DNA of 58,979 bases from an uncultured beta proteobacterium. Its GTDB lineage: Bacteria > Pseudomonadota > Gammaproteobacteria > Burkholderiales > Casimicrobiaceae. Made by a program: the position numbers and the translations under genes. The notes under the pieces are model-generated. The model did not search any database. It had not been told where the DNA came from and saw nothing but the letters and a program-made list of their open reading frames with translations. The DNA is taken from positions 1-58,979 of the forward strand of contig CAIWHR010000076.1 in assembly GCA_903912485.1 (NCBI GenBank), given 5' to 3'. Below, one piece after another: positions 53,475-58,979 of the stretch (position 1 is its first letter; each line of letters begins with the position of its first letter).

Positions 53475-54859
53475 TGTCGCGAGTTTTTTGATCTGTCCGG
53501 TTTTGTAGCAAATGAATTGTCCGCTTTTCCTTCCGCGGGCGGGAAGCGGCGCAGGGCGTAGCCCGGAGCCACTTCCCGCCCGGCGGCGGCGTGCCCCGCG
53601 GACCTTCAGGCAGCGCGCTTGACCTTGGGCTTCAGTAGCTTTCCCTCCGCGTTGTAGTCCGCCAACCGGCGCGGACCGTGGAACACCGCCAGGCGCCCGT
53701 TCGCGTAGTGATGCACCCGTACCCGGGCCTTCACGTAGTGACAGCGGTAGCGATCGGCCGGCAGCTGCAGGAACAGATTCTCGTAGCGCACACAGTTGTC
53801 GTGACCGACGGTCCGGTCGGTCTGCTCGCACAGGATGTCGTCGAGGTCGCCGCCGATCCACGGCACGAACGCGCTGCCCGTTTCCCGCGCCGGGACGGCA
53901 AACTCGGCGTTGAAGGCGGGCCGGTACTTGCGCATCACGTAGCGATTGGCCGCCGCCAGATCGCGGATGCCAGCGTAGGCCAGTTCCTTCGGCAGCCGCT
54001 CCTGATGCGTCGCAAACGCCCGCTCCGAGCGCCCCCGGGCCTCCGGCGAGTACGCCGCGATCATCTCGATGCCCAGGTGCTGTAGCGCCCGCCCGAACTG
54101 GGTCGGGTTCGCCTTGTCCACCTGGCCGCCGGCCACCGGCGTGACCCAGTAGTGGCTGCCCCGGTCGCTGTAGAACGAGCAGAACAGCCCCTTGGCTCGA
54201 ATCACCTCGGCCACGCCCCGGAAGCTGCTGCTCGTCCCTTCCTCCGGCACCAGGAACATCGAGTAGTGCTCGTTGGTGGCATCGTCCATCGTCACGATCA
54301 GGTCCCAGACCTGACCCGGCACCCATTCGTGCCGACTGCCGTCCTGGTGCAGCATCATCCCCGGCAGTGCCATCCGTTCCCGCTTCTTCCGGTGCGCACC
54401 CTTCGCCTTCCCCTTGGCCACCAATCCGGACTCCTGCAGCCGCTGCTTGACCCAGCTGTAGCTGCGTTGGCCCCCATCCCGGCGGTACCAGCTATGGAAG
54501 TGCCGCACGTTCCAGCCGGGATGCCGCTCCCGGTACCGCTGCGTCACCGCCAGTACCTCGTCCACTGGTGCCCGCCGCTGCGACACCTGCTCCAGCCGCC
54601 GGTCGATCAGCCCGTCCAATCCTTCGGCTTCATAGCGCACCACGTACCGCCGGAAGCTCCGCTCACACATCCCCAGCAGATGCGCCGCCTCCGCCTGCGT
54701 CAGCCGCCCCACGTTCCACCGCTCGTACGCCTCCTCGAATCGCATCTTCCGGATCTCCTGTAGCAGCTCCGTCCGTCGCATCAGCCACCTCCTTGCGGTG
54801 ACTATGACGACCGGACAGATCACGTGCTACAAATCCGGACAACTCCAAAACTCGCGACA
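53475..54859 (-). mobile_element. intact insertion sequence (~1.39 kb, single DDE transposase, ISNCY/IS1202-like by recollection)
   Basis: Terminal inverted repeats TGTCGCGAGTTTTTTGATCTGTCCGGTTTTGTAGCA (left) and TGTCGCGAGTTTTGGAGTTGTCCGGATTTGTAGCA (right, reverse complement), flanked by a perfect direct repeat. Confidence 0.8.
53606..54781 (-). CDS. IS transposase (HTH + DDE/integrase core)
   Basis: ATG 54781 with AAGGAGG 6 nt upstream (MRRTELLQEIRKMRFEEAY). LHQDGSRHEW, VTMDDATN, FYSDRGSHY and SPEARGRSERAF fit a DDE core. Confidence 0.85.
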   Translation of the reverse strand: MRRTELLQEIRKMRFEEAYERWNVGRLTQAEAAHLLGMCERSFRRYVVRYEAEGLDGLIDRRLEQVSQRRAPVDEVLAVTQRYRERHPGWNVRHFHSWYRRDGGQRSYSWVKQRLQESGLVAKGKAKGAHRKKRERMALPGMMLHQDGSRHEWVPGQVWDLIVTMDDATNEHYSMFLVPEEGTSSSFRGVAEVIRAKGLFCSFYSDRGSHYWVTPVAGGQVDKANPTQFGRALQHLGIEMIAAYSPEARGRSERAFATHQERLPKELAYAGIRDLAAANRYVMRKYRPAFNAEFAVPARETGSAFVPWIGGDLDDILCEQTDRTVGHDNCVRYENLFLQLPADRYRCHYVKARVRVHHYANGRLAVFHGPRRLADYNAEGKLLKPKVKRAA

Positions 54860-54875
54860 GGTGATCCACTACTAC
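54860..54875. repeat. right copy of the 16-bp target-site duplication
   Basis: GGTGATCCACTACTAC, identical to 53459-53474. Confidence 0.75.
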
Positions 54876-55003
54876 TGGCGGACTCGGCCAACTACGCGGA
54901 CAATCCTTGTCCAGGCGGTTGGTAGTGCCCTAGCTACTTCGTCCATCCCGACCGCAAACGCTTTCCCAACCTTAGATCGGGCGCCTGCAGGAACTGCGGC
55001 CAT

Positions 55004-56233
55004 ATGCAAGTCCGCATCCATCGCGGTGCCGCACAGATCGGCGGCACATGTATCGAACTCGTGCACGACGGGGTGCGCATCGCGCTTGACCTCGGCCTTC
55101 CGCTTGAGGGAGATCCAGAGGATCAGTCTCTGGTACCAAGGATTGGAGGGCGGGATCTGGCGGCGGTGTTCATTTCCCATCCGCACATCGATCACTACGG
55201 CCTGCTGCATCACCTGCCTGGGCGAGTCCCAGTCGCAATGGGCGCAGCGGCAAAGCGGATCGTCGCGGCGGCCGCGCCATTCACGCGGCAACGCTTGCAT
55301 GACCTCGATGGCCCTGTGCTGCGCGACCGGCAGGTGATGCAGATTGGGTCGTTCAGCGTGACGCCCTTCCTGGTCGACCACTCGGCGTTCGATTCCTACG
55401 CCCTGCTGATCGAGGCGGGAGGCAAGCGGGTCTTCTATTCCGGAGATTTCCGGGCGCACGGACGCAAGCCGTGGCTCTTCGATGGAATCGTCGCTCGGCC
55501 GCCGAAGAACATCGACGTGCTGCTGATGGAAGGGTCATCCTTGTCCCGCCTGGGCGCAGATGCGCGCTTCCCGACGGAGGGCGATCTCGAGCGTGACCTG
55601 ACAGGTCGAGTGCGCAGCGCTGCCGGTCCGGTGCTCGTACACATTTCTGCGCAGAACATCGACCGGGTCGTGACCTTGTATCGTGCCGCCAAGCAATCAG
55701 GCCGGACCTTGGTAATCGACCTCTACTCGGCGGCCATACTGGCGGCGACGCAGGGTGCCACCATCCCGCAATCCAACTGGCCGAAGGTTGCACTCTACGT
55801 GCCTCAAGCGCAGCGTCGCCAGATCAAGCGACACGGCTGGTTCGACCTGCTGCAGGCGCACACCGCGCACCGGATCTTTCCCAAGGGGTTACGGGCCCTG
55901 GCATCGAATGCCGTGATCCTGTACCGTCCGCTTATGATGGGCGATCTCGAACGAGCGGATTGCATGGCGGGTGCGCGTTTCATCTATGGGCAGTGGCTGG
56001 GTTACCTCGACAAGGGAAGTTACGCGACCACCCGGGAATGGCTGCGACGCCATGGCATCACGTTGGAGCACGTGCACACTTCCGGCCACGCCAGCCCCGC
56101 CGACCTGAAGCGCTTCGCCCGCGCGCTTGCTCCGAAGGCGCTGGTGCCAATTCACAGCTTCGCGCCGGAGCTGTACCCGCAACTCTTTGCAAACGTCGTG
56201 CCACGGGCCGATGGCGAGTGGTGGGCGCCCTAG
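55004..56233 (+). CDS. metallo-beta-lactamase-fold nuclease, beta-CASP-like
   Basis: FISHPHIDHYG (HxHxDH), VDHSAFDS, FYSGDF, LLMEGS, and C-terminal HTSGHASPADLKRFARALAPKALVPIHSF (beta-CASP motif C-like). Confidence 0.8.
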   Translation: MQVRIHRGAAQIGGTCIELVHDGVRIALDLGLPLEGDPEDQSLVPRIGGRDLAAVFISHPHIDHYGLLHHLPGRVPVAMGAAAKRIVAAAAPFTRQRLHDLDGPVLRDRQVMQIGSFSVTPFLVDHSAFDSYALLIEAGGKRVFYSGDFRAHGRKPWLFDGIVARPPKNIDVLLMEGSSLSRLGADARFPTEGDLERDLTGRVRSAAGPVLVHISAQNIDRVVTLYRAAKQSGRTLVIDLYSAAILAATQGATIPQSNWPKVALYVPQAQRRQIKRHGWFDLLQAHTAHRIFPKGLRALASNAVILYRPLMMGDLERADCMAGARFIYGQWLGYLDKGSYATTREWLRRHGITLEHVHTSGHASPADLKRFARALAPKALVPIHSFAPELYPQLFANVVPRADGEWWAP

Positions 56234-56279
56234 GTATCCAGCACGCCCCATTGGTTTTATTGACCCCTGCGGAGACGCC

Positions 56280-57221
56280 ATGACCCTGCTCCAACAGATC
56301 GATCAACTGTGGATGCCTGCCCACGACGACATGCTCGCGAGCTGGGCTGCATTGCTGGAAGAGAGGTTGCCGGCGATCGAGGCCGCAGGCCAGCGATTCC
56401 GGGAGTTCGCTCCGCTCGAGGTCTACACCTCGGTCAGCCGCGCGAAAGCCCCGAAGGTTTCGTTTTCGCTGCGGTACCTGGGGCAGGAAGTCGCTGACCT
56501 GCTCGTCGGCGACGACGTAACCGTCAGGATCGATCGCACCCGGGCCAAGACCAATGCCCGCTATTTTCGGGTCGACATCGTGGGTGCGTTCCCCTGGCGA
56601 AGCCGCGAAGGAAGGGCCTTCAGGAACAGCTTCCGGAACGCCGGCCGCAAAGCGGTCGAGCCGCGCGTCGGCGAGCATCGGATCGAGTCCGAGTTCCTGA
56701 AGGAGATGCTGAGGGGGGACCGCGGGAAGTTCTCGGGAATGCTCGGCGGCATTCAGCCAGTGACGCTCGCCGGCTGCCGGTTCCAGTTCCCGCTGCCGCT
56801 GTCCGGCAGTACGGGCGCACCCAAGGCGTCGCGCGGCAACATCGACATTCTTGCGCGCCGAGGCACCGGAAGAGGCACCCGGTTGTCCGTCTGGGAACTC
56901 AAGGCGCCGGATGCCTCAACCACGCCGGTTGCGCAGGCGTACATCTACGCCGCAACGCTGCTCAAGGTGCTTCGCTCGCCGTCCGGCAACTTCTGGTATC
57001 AGAAGGTCCTTGGATTCAGCGGGCGCGTGCCGAGCCGGTTGACCGTCGAGAGTGTCGTCGCGGTCAGCTTCAGCGACGACCGGAAGCGGGCGGCCTTCGA
57101 GCGGAAGCTGGCCGCGTTTCATCGCGATACGCCGCTGACCGTGAACCAGGACACCATCCGGCTCTGCGCGGCGTATTACACCCGGCCACCGCTGCGGATC
57201 GAGTTTGCGGAATTGGGTTAG
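56280..57221 (+). CDS. putative PD-(D/E)xK nuclease
   Basis: ATG 56280 with GGAGA 5 nt upstream; the ORF-track start at 56127 overlaps the MBL gene and is not used. EHRIESEFLKEML followed by GNIDILARRG..LSVWELKAPD fits an E..D..ExK layout. Confidence 0.6.
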   Translation: MTLLQQIDQLWMPAHDDMLASWAALLEERLPAIEAAGQRFREFAPLEVYTSVSRAKAPKVSFSLRYLGQEVADLLVGDDVTVRIDRTRAKTNARYFRVDIVGAFPWRSREGRAFRNSFRNAGRKAVEPRVGEHRIESEFLKEMLRGDRGKFSGMLGGIQPVTLAGCRFQFPLPLSGSTGAPKASRGNIDILARRGTGRGTRLSVWELKAPDASTTPVAQAYIYAATLLKVLRSPSGNFWYQKVLGFSGRVPSRLTVESVVAVSFSDDRKRAAFERKLAAFHRDTPLTVNQDTIRLCAAYYTRPPLRIEFAELG

Positions 57222-57475
57222 TTTGAATCGAGCATGATCCCGCCACACCAGCAATCCCTGGTCAGATAGGTGGCAACCTCGCCTTGCAAGATTTGGCGGT
57301 TCTTTGCCCGCGCGCGCTGCTCGGCGCCACCGTCTCTCCGGTTCTTGGCCATCGCAGCTCTGCTCTGCCCTTCCTCTCACAATCCGTCGATTCGTGCAGT
57401 TCCACTGCGTTTCACTCGCCGCCATCAAGATGAGCAATGATCACCCTCAGGAGCGCGCCCATACCGGACGCGCTA

Positions 57476-57519
57476 AACAAAAAAACGGCCTCGACTTGCC
57501 CTTTGGGCAAGTCGAGGCC
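57476..57519 (-). terminator. strong Rho-independent terminator of the 226-aa gene
   Basis: Perfect 15-bp stem GGCCTCGACTTGCCC/GGGCAAGTCGAGGCC with a 3-nt loop. On the minus strand it is followed by GTTTTTTTGTTT. Lies 36 nt downstream of the stop at 57555. Confidence 0.75.
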
Positions 57520-57554
57520 TGGTGGAAGGGGTTGATCGACGCCGACGGATCGGT

Positions 57555-58235
57555 TTAGAGGCTTTCGAGATCCCAGGGATTCCGGGCCTTGCTTTGGCAA
57601 CAGACCGTGTGTCTTTCCACGGAGAGCTTGACGCCTACATTCGGACTCGCGGTGCGGACCGAGCGCCTCAAGACGGTACCCACCCTCCTCGCGAGCTTGC
57701 CCGCCACATTGCAGTGCCAATTCAGCGTGTACTGTTGCAAGTGTTTCTCGACAACGCGTATCGCGTAGTCGTAGTCCTCATCGAAGGTCGCCAAGGTTTC
57801 CCCAGGTTCTGGGTGCCACGGTTCTCCGAGGTACGCGTCAAAGCAATATCGTCCTTGGCGAACAGTCACGAAGCTGTAGTCATCTCTCGGGGCACAGTAT
57901 GAGTCCGAGTCCCGTAGCCAAAGTCGAATTTCCACGTCGAGTTCGGGGTCGATCATCTCAAGCTTTCGCACCATTGCCTGTGTCAAGCGGTCGTGCAGAT
58001 CAAACCGCAGTGACTGAGCTTCGGAGGGCGTCTCGAGCTTCAACTCGAGCACCTTCCGACTACCGACATTGCATACGTCATCGACCACGTCAACTGCCGC
58101 CAACCGGCCTCGATAATCGACTGAGGGAATTTTCAAGTCGTCGTAAATGCCAGCCATCTGCGATTCAATATCATCGTCGCCGGACCCCATAACGCAGGCC
58201 AACCACGCGTAGTACTGCCGAACAGTTCGAGTCAT
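57555..58235 (-). CDS. hypothetical acidic protein (226 aa)
   Basis: Clean ORF ending at a strong terminator. No motif recognised. Confidence 0.6.
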   Translation of the reverse strand: MTRTVRQYYAWLACVMGSGDDDIESQMAGIYDDLKIPSVDYRGRLAAVDVVDDVCNVGSRKVLELKLETPSEAQSLRFDLHDRLTQAMVRKLEMIDPELDVEIRLWLRDSDSYCAPRDDYSFVTVRQGRYCFDAYLGEPWHPEPGETLATFDEDYDYAIRVVEKHLQQYTLNWHCNVAGKLARRVGTVLRRSVRTASPNVGVKLSVERHTVCCQSKARNPWDLESL

Positions 58236-58979
58236 TATGTCTAGTCTCCTGTTGTCCCGGATGGGACGCTGTTCCCCGATTCGGGGCGGTTGTCACCGAG
58301 CCGAAATTGCCCCGTGACGCCGGCCTTGCCTGTGTTATGGCCTGCGGCGTTGAATAAGATCCCGGTGCGTGACGCCCAACGTTCCGCAGTGCGTGATCTG
58401 TCAACTTCACGCACGAGACCTCGGGGATCTCTGGCGCGCTAGAGGAAACGCTGCGCAGCGTTTGTCGACTCCCCACGCAGGCAGCGGGCTAGAACGCCCG
58501 CTATCCGTCCGGGGAAAGATCGGTCGAAGTGACTCGTCCGGTTTCCCGGCAGCACGTCCTGCGCTGGTCTCCGGGTCCAGAGGTCAACCTCCACGGCATC
58601 GGCCTTGCCTAGGAAATGGCCGACGGGAGTGAATAAGATTTCGTCAGCGACGGCAGGATCTGTCTACGATGCGTCGGTCGAGGATGATTGGAGATTGTGG
58701 CGCTACGTCGAGGCTGGGCGCTAGGAGACAGACCAGATCCTTCTGAATCTTTCGCAGAGAATCATGAGCTTATTGCTCTTGATACTCGCTCCGGTAACGA
58801 TCGGGGGCCAACGCACCGGGCCTTTCCCACAAGTGGCGGCCCATCCTGCGCCATAGATTGGTGGCGACGATCGCTTCGTCGCGACAATATGCCCTGAAAT
58901 GGGAATAGTGCGGTGTTCGGGCAACGTCGTAGCCTCGGAAAGGTAACTTGATCATCCGCCTGTCGCGTTCGCGACGAAC

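Noticed and set aside
58721-58955. 61-67 aa minus-strand ORFs at the right edge of the window
   Set aside because: They are short and I recognised no motif. They may be fragments of a gene or IS continuing outside the window, so there is not enough evidence to annotate them.
1-58979. CRISPR arrays, rRNA genes, retron-type RT
   Set aside because: I saw no regularly spaced 25-40 bp repeats. The only tandem repeats are the 11-bp sets at 26.25 and 51.65 kb. The only RT-like sequence is the truncated group II intron maturase.

Overview
GC-rich, proteobacterial-looking chromosomal segment. By eye I found no rRNA, no intact tRNA and no CRISPR array. All functional calls come from reading motifs; nothing was verified by a search. 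The core DNA-end-processing operons sbcDC (10.9-15.8 kb) and recCBD (16.5-25.7 kb) sit inside accessory, defence-island-like DNA. Left arm: an ADP-ribosylglycohydrolase-metallophosphatase fusion, an ARPP-1-like gene, two WYL regulators, and an LRR-like / MoxR-type AAA+ / HExxH-vWA cassette. Middle: a roughly 3.9 kb insertion that looks lower in GC, carrying Zn-ribbon and glycine-rich membrane proteins plus IS3 and IS21 debris. It truncates an AAA+ gene on one side and a MetK-fold (SAM-synthetase-like) gene on the other. That MetK-like gene is the last member of a second, translationally coupled AAA+ / 151-aa / HExxH-vWA operon with a DEDDh exonuclease upstream. This operon is my top candidate for an undescribed system, although this copy looks damaged. 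Right arm: a HIT protein plus a 1021-aa MazG-PLD-SF2 helicase protein, then an MNT/HEPN pair. After that comes a probable integrative element with a ParB-like gene, two overlapping giant tyrosine recombinases (911 and 1211 aa), hipBA, a 415-aa protein followed by 11-bp iterons, an intact IS with a 16-bp target duplication, and a beta-CASP MBL nuclease plus PD-(D/E)xK nuclease pair.
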